A stretch of 64,000 nucleotides of DNA. Origin: Candidatus Eremiobacteria bacterium (GTDB lineage Bacteria; Vulcanimicrobiota; Vulcanimicrobiia; Vulcanimicrobiales; Vulcanimicrobiaceae). Positions 9,233 through 18,416 of this stretch are shown here, piece after piece. The first letter of the stretch is position 1; every line of letters starts with the position of its first letter. Where the stretch lies: assembly GCA_963737065.1 (NCBI GenBank), contig CAVTRC010000001.1, positions 416,001 to 480,000 on the forward strand, read 5' to 3'. The translations under genes and the position numbers were made by a program. The notes beneath the pieces were generated by a model that was given only the letters and a program-made list of their open reading frames with translations, searched no databases and was not told where the DNA came from.

Positions 9233-9615
9233 AAACGTTCGTCGGGCTCTTTCTCTCGTCGACGGCGTTTGGACTCGCGATCGTCATCGCGTACTGGTTC
9301 ATCGCGCACGAAGAGACGACCGGTTCGGTCTTACTCGGCATCATGACGGCCGCGCTCGCGTTTGCGGCAACATACGCGATGGTCGCCGAACGCAACGCAA
9401 ACCTCGATGGCGACGGCCAAGACCTCTCGCCGCAGAACAGCGCCGGCGAAGACTTGGGCATTTACACGATGCACAGCGCGTACCCGTTGTTAGTGGCCGT
9501 TTCGTCGCTCTTCACGCTCGTCGGCATACTGTATTCACCGTTGCTCGCGTTCGTCGCCATCGTCGCGCTCGTGCTCTGTCTGTGGCGCCTCGGCGCCGAA
9601 AGCGCGAGAATCTAA
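9229..9615 (+). CDS. ctaF: Cytochrome c oxidase subunit IV (actinobacterial CtaF-like)
   Basis: Small hydrophobic protein with YW...E.TG and GEDLG..T.HSAYP; coupled to ctaD. Confidence 0.75.
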   Translation: MKTFVGLFLSSTAFGLAIVIAYWFIAHEETTGSVLLGIMTAALAFAATYAMVAERNANLDGDGQDLSPQNSAGEDLGIYTMHSAYPLLVAVSSLFTLVGILYSPLLAFVAIVALVLCLWRLGAESARI

Positions 9616-9804
9616 TCGAAAATCGTCGAAAGCCCAAGCACGCGCGCCGGTGAGCGCGGATCGCTCCGGGAAACGACTTTCATGCCCCGCTGCTGGTCGT
9701 GTGGTCGGAACGAGACGATATGGAACCGGGTGGCCGAAAATCCGATCGACGCTGCTGAACTTGGAAAGTGCTTCGCGGACGTCGCGTCGTAACAGACAGT
9801 CGCC

Positions 9805-10314
9805 ATGGAATCTCGCATCCCACCCGCCGTAGAAGCCTTGAATATCCCGCATCCCGCGCTCGTCGTATGGCTGCGTCACGTCGGTTGAACGTTTTTTGGT
9901 GAACCGCTTGCGCAGTTGCGCGAGCTCGAGGACGAATTCGAACGAGAGGGCATCGCCGTGCGCTTCGTGGTGATCGGCGATATGACAAAGACACGCCGGT
10001 ATTGCGACCCATACGGAATGTCGTCGCGCTGCATTCCCGATCCCAACAAAGAAACGTACGCGGCGATGGGCTTCGGTCAGTACAACCTGTTACGGCTCTT
10101 CAGCGATCACGCGCTCAAGGAACGGCATAGAGAAAATCGCGCGGCAGGCTTTCATCAAAGCTGGGCCGCAACGCGGTTGCGGGACAGCGCGCAGCTTCCC
10201 GGCGCGGCGATCATCGACAAACAGGGAACGATCGCGTGGCGTCACGCCGGCGCGCATCCCGGCGATCTTCCGTCGATGCGCGAAATGCTCGAAATCGCGC
10301 GCGCGGCAACCTAA
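9805..10314 (+). CDS. AhpC/TSA-like (peroxiredoxin-like, SelL-related) redox protein with probable selenocysteine at TGA 9886-9888
   Basis: MESRIPP...WLRHVG*TFFGEPLAQL is in frame with ORF 9916..10314, which has DPNKETYAAMG and QLPGAAIID family motifs. Confidence 0.75.
9906..9925 (+). other. Putative bacterial SECIS hairpin
   Basis: GCTTGCGC-AGTT-GCGCGAGC; G-containing loop about 25 nt after the in-frame TGA. Confidence 0.6.
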
Positions 10315-10363
10315 AATGATATTTTGTCGCCTTCGATGAAATATTGCTCGCGGAGGGCGAGCG

Positions 10364-11385
10364 ATGGAAGTTTCCGTTCGAACCGAGACGTGGGCATTTC
10401 GATACCCTTTTCGCATTACCGGATATGAGTGGACCGATCAGGAGCTCGTCGTCGCCGAAGTGGCGGACGGCGACCGGCGCGGTCGCGGTGAGGCTCTCGG
10501 CGTTTATTATAAGCAAGAGACGGCGTCACGCCTGAGTGCGGAAATCGTTGCGGCGGCGCAACGCGCGACGAACGTCGCGGAATTGACCGCCATTACTGCG
10601 TACTTGCCGCCGGGCGGCGCGAAAAACGCATTGGACTGTGCGCTATGGGAGTTGCGATCCTTGCAAGAAGCAATGCCCGTTTGGCGCCTCGCAGGCTTTG
10701 CGTCGGCTCCGCGCCCCGTTCAAACGACCTGCACGGTCGGCGCCGGTACACCGGAGGAAATGTCCGCGCGCGCTCGCGACTTTGCGACCGCTACCGCGCT
10801 GAAGCTAAAACTCGTCGGCGATGGAGCCGATGCGGAGCGCGTGCGCGCGGTTCGTACGCAACGCCCCGACGCGTGGATCGGCGTCGATGGGAATCAAGGC
10901 TTCACGCTGCAGACGCTCCACGAGCTGCTCCCGACACTGATCGCGTGTAACATTAACTTCTGGAACAGCCGTTTCCGATCGGTCGCGATGAAGATTTGGA
11001 TGACGTGGAGTCGCCCATTCCCATTGCCGCCGACGAGAGCGTGCAATCGTTGACGGATATCGAGCGGCTTGTCGGCCGGTTCGATACGATCAATATTAAG
11101 CTCGACAAGTGCGGTGGTCTCACCGACGCCCTGCGCATGCAGCAACGCGCGCGCGAGCTCGGGCTCAACGTCATGGTTGGATGCATGGGCGGCACGTCGC
11201 TTTCGATGGCTCCGGGGTTTATCGTCGCGCAACGCTGTGACGTGGTCGATCTCGACGGACCGCTCCTTCTCAAATCGGATCGTACGCCGTCGGCCACGTA
11301 CCGAGACGGCTGCATCGAGTGCCCTGAAGACGTTTGGGGATTTTCTACGTCGCTTGCCGCGCAGGAAACGCAGAGGTCAACATGA
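10364..11385 (+). pseudogene. L-Ala-D/L-Glu dipeptide epimerase (enolase superfamily), frameshifted near 10955-10960
   Basis: KLKL and VDGNQG in the first frame; LEQP, ADES, NIKLDKCGG and DLDG in the second frame. Confidence 0.8.
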
Positions 11386-12464
11386 TCGGAGTCTCGATCG
11401 TGTTTGCCGCAGCGCTCAGCACCATGCAAACGGCAGCGATTGCCTCCATCGTGCGTGGAGCCATGGCGACGCAACACCTCACCGGCGTCGAGGTAGGCGT
11501 GGGACGCAACGGCACGTTGCTCTACTCCGGCGGCTTCGGATTACGAAATCGCGCAGCGAACCTTCCCGTCACCGCGGACACCGTCTTTGAGATCGGCTCG
11601 ATTACGAAGCAATTCACTGCGGCCGGCGTGATGCTGTTCGTGCAGCGCGGACGTGTCAGCCTCGATGCGCCGATCGCGCGCTATCTGCCGGACGTTCCGC
11701 ACGCGAAACAGATCACCGTGCGCGAGCTGCTCGACCAAACGTCGGGCCTCGACGACTATCTCGAGAATAAAGCGCTCTACGCGTCCCTCCTCGCGGCAAC
11801 CGTGAAACCGCATCGCATTTCGTACTACGTCCAGCTGGTCGCAAACCGCCCGCTGCAATTCCGTCCGGGTACGAAGTGGGCATACAGCAACACCAATTAT
11901 GCGATCCTCGGCATGCTCGCCGCGAAGATTTCAGGACGATCGTACGAGGCGTACCTGCGGTCCGCGATTCTCAATCCGCTCGATCTGCGAGCGACGGAAT
12001 ATATGGCGACTGCGCCGCCGGCCGGTGCCAACACCTCACAAGGCTATGACTACGTAAAGAAGCACTACGTCAGAGTGCCGCCCTATGACATGTCATGGGC
12101 GAACGCAGCCGGCGCGCTTGCATCCAATGCCGGCAACGTCGTCCGCTGGGACGGCGCGTTCTTCGCCGGCAAGGTGTTGAATCGAAGCAGCGTACAAACG
12201 GCAATTACGCCGCCGGCCGGCATTCCCGTGCTTCCCGGAAAAGACAAACGAAACAACATCGCACAAGGCTACGCATTCGGATGGATGGCCGGTCAAGACG
12301 AGGGCCGTCGCGTCGTCTGGCACAACGGCGGAACGATCGGCGCGCGCGCCATGAATCTCGTCTTCCCATCCGACGGCCTCGAGATCATCGTGTTAACGAA
12401 TCAGTCAACCGCCGACCCCGAAGCAATCGCACTAAAAATCTCGCGCCTACTCTACGACCGCTAA
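11382..12464 (+). CDS. Serine hydrolase (beta-lactamase/D-peptidase-like)
   Basis: SITK, YSN and HNG motifs; ATGA overlap with the epimerase. Confidence 0.9.
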   Translation: MIGVSIVFAAALSTMQTAAIASIVRGAMATQHLTGVEVGVGRNGTLLYSGGFGLRNRAANLPVTADTVFEIGSITKQFTAAGVMLFVQRGRVSLDAPIARYLPDVPHAKQITVRELLDQTSGLDDYLENKALYASLLAATVKPHRISYYVQLVANRPLQFRPGTKWAYSNTNYAILGMLAAKISGRSYEAYLRSAILNPLDLRATEYMATAPPAGANTSQGYDYVKKHYVRVPPYDMSWANAAGALASNAGNVVRWDGAFFAGKVLNRSSVQTAITPPAGIPVLPGKDKRNNIAQGYAFGWMAGQDEGRRVVWHNGGTIGARAMNLVFPSDGLEIIVLTNQSTADPEAIALKISRLLYDR

Positions 12465-12482
12465 CGTCCGTACGGCGTCCGC

Positions 12483-14102
12483 TTAACGCTGCAGCCGCCA
12501 CCGCGCGACGTTCCACAACGGTGACGCGGGCGACGGATCGACGCCTTGCAGCGCATCGATGCGGACCACGACTTGACCTTGTTGCCACAGCGGAATCAAC
12601 GGCACTTCGTCAACGACCCGACGCTGAATGACGATCGATTCGCGCCGCCGTTGGCTCCAATCATAGTTTGCGATCGACTCGGCATCCGCTTCCGTCGTTT
12701 GCGGATCGCAGAAACGCGAAAGATTGAATCCGTTCGGCGGCATTTGATCGCACCCGAAAAACCAGCTCATGTCCGGATCCGTTTGCGGGATCAGCTGTAC
12801 GAACGCCATTTCAAATCTGCCTGAAAGCAACGGTCCGCCGTCGTTAGCCGGCGCGGTGAACATCTGAGTCGCGTAGCCGCGCAGCGTCAGTTTCACGCCG
12901 AGTGCGCGCAGAGCTTGTTGCAAGAGCACGCCGAAGTCTGTGCCCTCCGTCTCTTGCAAGTCGTACGTGTAAAGCAGCTCGAAAGGTACGCCGTCGTGAT
13001 AGCGCAGACCGGCCGCTCCTCCGCGCCAGCCCGCCGCATCGAGCAGCGCTTTTGCGCGCGAGAGATCGAACGGCAACGGCCGCACCGAAGCATCGTACGC
13101 AGCACCGAATAAACCGCCTGCGGCATCGTCGTGAGATTGAATGCCACGCGTGGCGGCATGCACGATGCGCGCATAGTCGACGCCTTGCGCAAGCGCGCGC
13201 CGTACGCGCGGGTCGGACAATCGCGCGCTTGCGACGTTGAAAATCAGTAAGACGGCACCCCCGGTACGTTTCTTGACTGCGCTCACGCCGGGAATCGGAC
13301 GAAAGTCATGCGCGTATTGCGCCACCGTCGGGAAGGCAGCGTCCAGCTCGCCCGTGTGCAATTCATCGTACATCGTTGTCACGCTTGGAACGGTTTTCAA
13401 CATGAGATGCGCGATCGATGGCGCTCCGCCGAAATACGTTGGATTGGCCGCGAACCGAATGTAATCGCCGCGCGACCATTGCTCCACGCGATACGGGCCA
13501 CTGCCGATCGGCATCGTATTGAATGCGCCGTGGTTGATGTCTGGGTGCGCCTTCAGCACGTGCTTCGGCAAAACCGGGTAGTTCGTATCCGGCGCAAAGA
13601 AGTCGGAAAGCACGGGCGAGAACCGGCGTTTTAAGCGCACGCGAACGGTATAGGCGTCGGGCGCCGTGACCGTCGCGATGCGATCGTAGCCCGTGCGCGA
13701 CGGCACGTTGGTCGACGGATTCATGATCAGATCGTACGTGTAGACGACGTCCGAGGAAGTGAGCGGCTTCCCGTCTTGCCAGCGCACGCCGTGACGCAGA
13801 TGGTACGTCACCGTTTCTCCATCCGGAGAAATGCCGCGGTTGCCGGCCGATGGAATCGCTTGGGCCAAATCAGGTTGCAAACGCCCACGCGCGTCGACCG
13901 TCAACAAGTATGAGAAAATGAGCGGACCAATCGTGCCCGAGACTGACCCCTCTTCGAGGAGCGGATTGAGCGAGTGCGCTTCGCCGAGTACGCCGATGGT
14001 AAGCGAAGAAGCGTCGGCGTGGCGCGTTCCGTCCTTCGTGCAGCCGGCAGCCACAAGCGCTGCTATCAGTGTTGCGGCGCAAAAGATGATATTTTGGCGC
14101 AC
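12483..14102 (-). CDS. Peptide ABC transporter substrate-binding lipoprotein (family 5)
   Basis: AAGC lipobox, YHLRHGVRWQDG, GSGPY. Confidence 0.9.
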   Translation of the reverse strand: MRQNIIFCAATLIAALVAAGCTKDGTRHADASSLTIGVLGEAHSLNPLLEEGSVSGTIGPLIFSYLLTVDARGRLQPDLAQAIPSAGNRGISPDGETVTYHLRHGVRWQDGKPLTSSDVVYTYDLIMNPSTNVPSRTGYDRIATVTAPDAYTVRVRLKRRFSPVLSDFFAPDTNYPVLPKHVLKAHPDINHGAFNTMPIGSGPYRVEQWSRGDYIRFAANPTYFGGAPSIAHLMLKTVPSVTTMYDELHTGELDAAFPTVAQYAHDFRPIPGVSAVKKRTGGAVLLIFNVASARLSDPRVRRALAQGVDYARIVHAATRGIQSHDDAAGGLFGAAYDASVRPLPFDLSRAKALLDAAGWRGGAAGLRYHDGVPFELLYTYDLQETEGTDFGVLLQQALRALGVKLTLRGYATQMFTAPANDGGPLLSGRFEMAFVQLIPQTDPDMSWFFGCDQMPPNGFNLSRFCDPQTTEADAESIANYDWSQRRRESIVIQRRVVDEVPLIPLWQQGQVVVRIDALQGVDPSPASPLWNVARWRLQR

Positions 14103-14154
14103 AAAGCAAAATACTGCTCAAGCACCGGACGGTCCTGTACCACGGGAGGCAGCG

Positions 14155-15621
14155 TTGCGCATTTTCACCGCCGGCCTCGTCACGGAGACGAATACCTTTT
14201 CACCGATTCCCACGGGGCGAGCAGCGTTCACCCACAACGGCATCGTCGCCGACGACCAGCCCTCCGAATTTGCGTCGATGATCGCTTGGCGCGAGTCGGC
14301 GCGGGGCGAAGGACACGAGATCGCTGAGAGCATTGCGGCGGTCGCGGAACCGGCGGGCAAAACGGTTCGCGCCGTCTACGAAGAGCTACGCGATCGCATC
14401 CTGCGCGATCTCCGGGCCGCGTTGCCGGTCGACGCAGTGCTGCTGTATCTTCACGGCGCGATGGTAGCCGACGGTTACGACGACTGCGAAGGCGACCTCT
14501 TGCAATGCGTCCGGCAAATTACCGGCACGGGTACGATCGTCGGCGCCGAGCTCGACCTGCACTCGCACGTGACCGACGCGATGACGAGCGCTGCAGACCT
14601 CATCATCGCATACAAGGAATATCCCCACGTCGATATCGTGGCCCGTGCCCGCGACCTCTACCGCTTATGCACGCTCGCCGCAGACGGCCGCATCACCCCG
14701 GTGACCTGCGTCTACGATTGCCGCACGAACGGGCTTTTTCCGACGACGCGCGAACCGCTGCGCAGCTTCGTCGACGACATGTTCGCCCGTGAAGGCAACG
14801 ACGTGCTTTCGCTTTCATTGATCCACGGATTTCCGTACGGAGACGTCGCGGGTGCCGGCACGAAGGTGCTCGCGATCTCGAACGGCGATCCGCAGTTGGC
14901 GTTGCGCGTTTCGACCGAATTCGGCGAACGATTCTGCGCGCTCCGTGAAGACGCGGCGTTGCGGGCGTTGCCGTTCGACGAGGCGGTCCGGATCGCGTGC
15001 GCGCAGACGGACGGACGAGTCGTGATAGCCGACATGGCGGACAACGCGGGCGGCGGTGCGCCGGGCGACAGTACCTTTATCCTTGAGGCGCTGCTGAGCA
15101 ATGGAGCGACGAACGCCGTAACGGGCACATATTACGATCCGATCGCCGTTGATTTGTGTTTTGAGGCGGGCATCGGCGCGTCGTTTCCGCTACGAATCGG
15201 TGGCAAACTCGGGCCGGCGTCCGGCGCACCGGTCGATCTCACCGTTACGGTGCGTGCGCTTGCGGAAGAACACGCGCAAGATGCAATGGACGATTCCGGC
15301 GTCGTGCCGCTCGGACGCAGCGCGTGGGTTCACGCTCGAGGTATCGATCTCGTGCTCGCTTCGATCCGCTCGCAAGTCTTCTCGCCTGCAGCGTTTACGA
15401 ATCTCGGCATCAACCTCCACGCCGCAAAGATCATCGTGGTGAAATCCACGCACCATTTCTACGGTAAGTTTGCGCCGCTCGCGTCTCGCGTGCTATATGC
15501 GAGCAGTCCCGGTGCACTCAGCATCGATTTCGAAACAATCCCGTACGTAAAACGCGATCTCGAATACTGGCCGCGCAACAAAAGGACTTCCCAGCGCGAC
15601 CGCCTGATACGCGCTCAATGA
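14155..15621 (+). CDS. M81 family metallopeptidase (MlrC-like)
   Basis: ETNTFSP, LHGAM, DLH, YPHVD, DNAGGG; GGGAGG before TTG 14155. Confidence 0.9.
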   Translation: MRIFTAGLVTETNTFSPIPTGRAAFTHNGIVADDQPSEFASMIAWRESARGEGHEIAESIAAVAEPAGKTVRAVYEELRDRILRDLRAALPVDAVLLYLHGAMVADGYDDCEGDLLQCVRQITGTGTIVGAELDLHSHVTDAMTSAADLIIAYKEYPHVDIVARARDLYRLCTLAADGRITPVTCVYDCRTNGLFPTTREPLRSFVDDMFAREGNDVLSLSLIHGFPYGDVAGAGTKVLAISNGDPQLALRVSTEFGERFCALREDAALRALPFDEAVRIACAQTDGRVVIADMADNAGGGAPGDSTFILEALLSNGATNAVTGTYYDPIAVDLCFEAGIGASFPLRIGGKLGPASGAPVDLTVTVRALAEEHAQDAMDDSGVVPLGRSAWVHARGIDLVLASIRSQVFSPAAFTNLGINLHAAKIIVVKSTHHFYGKFAPLASRVLYASSPGALSIDFETIPYVKRDLEYWPRNKRTSQRDRLIRAQ

Positions 15622-16169
15622 AAGACGCACCGGTTCCCGACGTCGGCACGATCCTCAAACGCCTGCGCGAGCGTAATCGGGTTACCGTTCGGGACGTTGC
15701 GGACGCGACGGGCCTTTCGGCGTCGTTCATTCGCGCCTTGGAGCGCGGAGAAACCGACATTTCGCTCGGCCGGGCTGCGCGGCTCGCGAAGTTTTTTGAT
15801 TACGATCTTGGCTCGTTTCTCGGTTTCAGCGCGCAGAGTTCGCGGCCGACGTTTATGGGTCCGGAAACGCGCAAGAAAGTCAACCGCGGACGCGGCATCG
15901 ACTATGAAACGATCCATCTGCCGGGGGTCGACCTCGACTTCATCGCGCTGCTCCTCGCACCGCGCAGCAAGTTCAAGAACGAGCTCGCGCACGAGGGTAT
16001 CGACGTGGTGTACGTGATCGATGGTGAGGTCGTCGTCGTCGTCAACGGCATCGATTATCCGATGAGCGCGGGCCAGTGTTGTGTGTTTGCCGCCGGCTAT
16101 CCGCACTCGCTGCGCAACGACTCGGCGCGCCAAGCGCGCGCAATTTCGCTCACGACGGGGCGGATGTAA
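15618..16169 (+). CDS. XRE-family HTH-cupin transcriptional regulator
   Basis: N-terminal HTH (SFIRALERGE), C-terminal cupin (HEG...PHSLRN). Confidence 0.88.
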   Translation: MKDAPVPDVGTILKRLRERNRVTVRDVADATGLSASFIRALERGETDISLGRAARLAKFFDYDLGSFLGFSAQSSRPTFMGPETRKKVNRGRGIDYETIHLPGVDLDFIALLLAPRSKFKNELAHEGIDVVYVIDGEVVVVVNGIDYPMSAGQCCVFAAGYPHSLRNDSARQARAISLTTGRM

Positions 16170-17917
16170 TGGGAAATTTCGAACGCGACGTCGTGGCCGC
16201 GCTCGAACGCTATCGCGTCGCCGGACTGGGTTGCGCGCTCATTTCGGATGGATGCGAGCTGCTCTGCCGCGGTTTCGGCACCCGCAGCACCGATCGCAGT
16301 GCGGCCGTTGACGCCGATACGCTCTTCGCGATCGGTTCGGTCTCGAAATCGTTCACATGCGCGGCCACCGCGATGCTCGTTGATGAAGGCGCAGTTGATT
16401 GGGATACGCGCGTCATCGATCGTTTGCCGTCGTTCCGGCTCTTCGACCCGTACGTAACGCGCGAAATGACGATTCGCGATTTGCTCGTCCACCGCAGCGG
16501 TCTCGCGCGCGGTGATTTCATGTGGTACAAAAGCGCATATAACGTCGACGAAGTGTTGCATCGCGCGCGATACCTCGAACCGAGCTGGGCGTTTCGCACG
16601 ACGTTCGGGTATCAAAACATTATGTACGTCGCCGCCGGCGAAGTCATTCGTGCGGCGAGCGGTCTCTCATGGGACGCGTTCATCGATCGCCGCCTTCTCC
16701 AACCGCTCGGCATGACGCGCAGCCGTTCGCATCCACAGTACATCGAAGACATGACGAATGTCGCGACGCCGCACGCTGAACTCGACGACACACTGCGCCC
16801 CATTGCGCACGACTCCGGAACGAACTCCAACGCGGCCGGTTCGATCTATTCCAGCGCGCGCGACATGCTGCGATGGTTGCGTTTGCACCTCGGTGACGGC
16901 ACGGTCGACGGCCGCCGGCTTCTGACATCGGGATCGATGGACGCATTGCATACGCCGCAAATGCTCATTGCGTATGCGTCGCCGTGGAGCGAGATGTTTC
17001 CCGATGCAACGTTCTTGAGCTACGGATACGGGTGGTTTCTCTTCTCCTATCGCGGCCAGACCGTCATCACGCATAGCGGCAACATCGACGGCATGACCGC
17101 CGTTGCGTGCGTCGTTCCCGCTATCGGTTTTGGTTTCGTGGCGCTTGCGAATGCGGACGGGAGCGCATTGCCGCAAGCGCTCGTCTACCGCGCGCTCGAC
17201 GATGCACTGGGCGGCGGCTCCACGAACTGGCTCGTGCGATTCAAGAACCAGCATGACGACGCGCACGAACGTCTCGCTTTCATGCTGAACGACCGGAAAA
17301 ATTCAACGATCGCGGGAACGCGCCCATCGCGTCCGTTCGCTGCGTACGCGGGCGTCTACGAAGATGCTTTCTACGGTACCGCAACCGTGAGCGAGAACGG
17401 CGATGCGCTTGCCCTCGAGTTCATCGGCCTCAACGGCCGGCTCGAACACCTACACTTCGACGCGTTCGTATTGCAACCGGAAAACGAGCTCTTTGCAAAG
17501 TATCAGCCAAGCGTGCGATTCGATCTCGACGACTTCGGCGAACCCTCGGCGTTAACGGTCAGCATCCTCGGCGCACTCGAACTCCATCTCAAGCGCAATC
17601 GCAACACGTTGCAGCCGGGAGCTGCAACAATCGATTCGGCACCGATGCTCGGGCGCTATACCTCTCGCGTTACGGCGGCGTCCATCGCGATCGAAGCGCT
17701 CGATGCGTCGCTAAAGATCACATTACCGGGGGCGCTTGCGGGAGCTACGTCGGCAGAGCGGGTGCTTACGCTCGTTCCGACGAGCACGAGCTCGGCAGCC
17801 ATTACCGGAACGCCGCTTACGGTAACGCTTCACGACCTCCACGACGGCCGATTCAGTTCGCTCGAAATAAAGATGAAACACCAAATGCCGTTCGTGTTTC
17901 GTCGCAGTTCCGATTGA
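16169..17917 (+). CDS. Serine hydrolase with C-terminal DUF3471-like domain
   Basis: SVSK, YQN and HSG motifs; [11 protein letters not shown]. Confidence 0.88.
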   Translation: MGNFERDVVAALERYRVAGLGCALISDGCELLCRGFGTRSTDRSAAVDADTLFAIGSVSKSFTCAATAMLVDEGAVDWDTRVIDRLPSFRLFDPYVTREMTIRDLLVHRSGLARGDFMWYKSAYNVDEVLHRARYLEPSWAFRTTFGYQNIMYVAAGEVIRAASGLSWDAFIDRRLLQPLGMTRSRSHPQYIEDMTNVATPHAELDDTLRPIAHDSGTNSNAAGSIYSSARDMLRWLRLHLGDGTVDGRRLLTSGSMDALHTPQMLIAYASPWSEMFPDATFLSYGYGWFLFSYRGQTVITHSGNIDGMTAVACVVPAIGFGFVALANADGSALPQALVYRALDDALGGGSTNWLVRFKNQHDDAHERLAFMLNDRKNSTIAGTRPSRPFAAYAGVYEDAFYGTATVSENGDALALEFIGLNGRLEHLHFDAFVLQPENELFAKYQPSVRFDLDDFGEPSALTVSILGALELHLKRNRNTLQPGAATIDSAPMLGRYTSRVTAASIAIEALDASLKITLPGALAGATSAERVLTLVPTSTSSAAITGTPLTVTLHDLHDGRFSSLEIKMKHQMPFVFRRSSD

Positions 17918-17963
17918 CGACATTTCACCCGCACGCGAAGTAATTCGGTGGTACAACGGACTC

Positions 17964-18416
17964 GTGCAGCAGCCGACCCGCCGGGAAGTCCTTCGCGCGA
18001 TCGCCGCGTCCGGCGCGGCCTTTGCCGTCGCACCGGCGCACGTTTGCGCCGCGCTCAACGAAGGGAAGTCTCGACTCGTGATTGCGTGCCTCATCCGCTA
18101 CCAAATCGATCCGTTTCAGCTCGACGCGTTCGCCCAATATGCCGCGAATTGGGCGAAGAGCATTCCTCGCTGTGGAGGCCATCTGATCGGCTACTTCCTT
18201 CCGTACGAGGGAACCAACGATGTCGCGTGGGGCATCATCGGATTCCAGTCGCTGAGCGACTACGAGCGCTACCGCGAGCGGCTGCGCGGCGATGCCGAAG
18301 CGATGGCAAATTTCGAGTTCGCGAAGTCCAAGCGGCTCATTCTGCGCGACGAGCGCAACTTCGTTCGCCTGGCCCCCGGCACGTTTGACCTCCCCGCGCA
18401 GTTAAAGACTATGTGA
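17964..18416 (+). CDS. NIPSNAP family protein with possible Tat signal
   Basis: [25 protein letters not shown]-terminal TRREVL. Confidence 0.82.
   Translation: MQQPTRREVLRAIAASGAAFAVAPAHVCAALNEGKSRLVIACLIRYQIDPFQLDAFAQYAANWAKSIPRCGGHLIGYFLPYEGTNDVAWGIIGFQSLSDYERYRERLRGDAEAMANFEFAKSKRLILRDERNFVRLAPGTFDLPAQLKTM

Noticed and set aside
9612..9818. Minus-strand 68-aa ORF with a faint STAS-like tail, and a plus-strand 36-aa CxxC ORF (9682-9792)
   Set aside because: No RBS or convincing motif for either; cannot choose between them
14155..17917. Microcystin degradation (mlr) cluster
   Set aside because: No mlrA or mlrD; M81 peptidases and serine hydrolases are widespread
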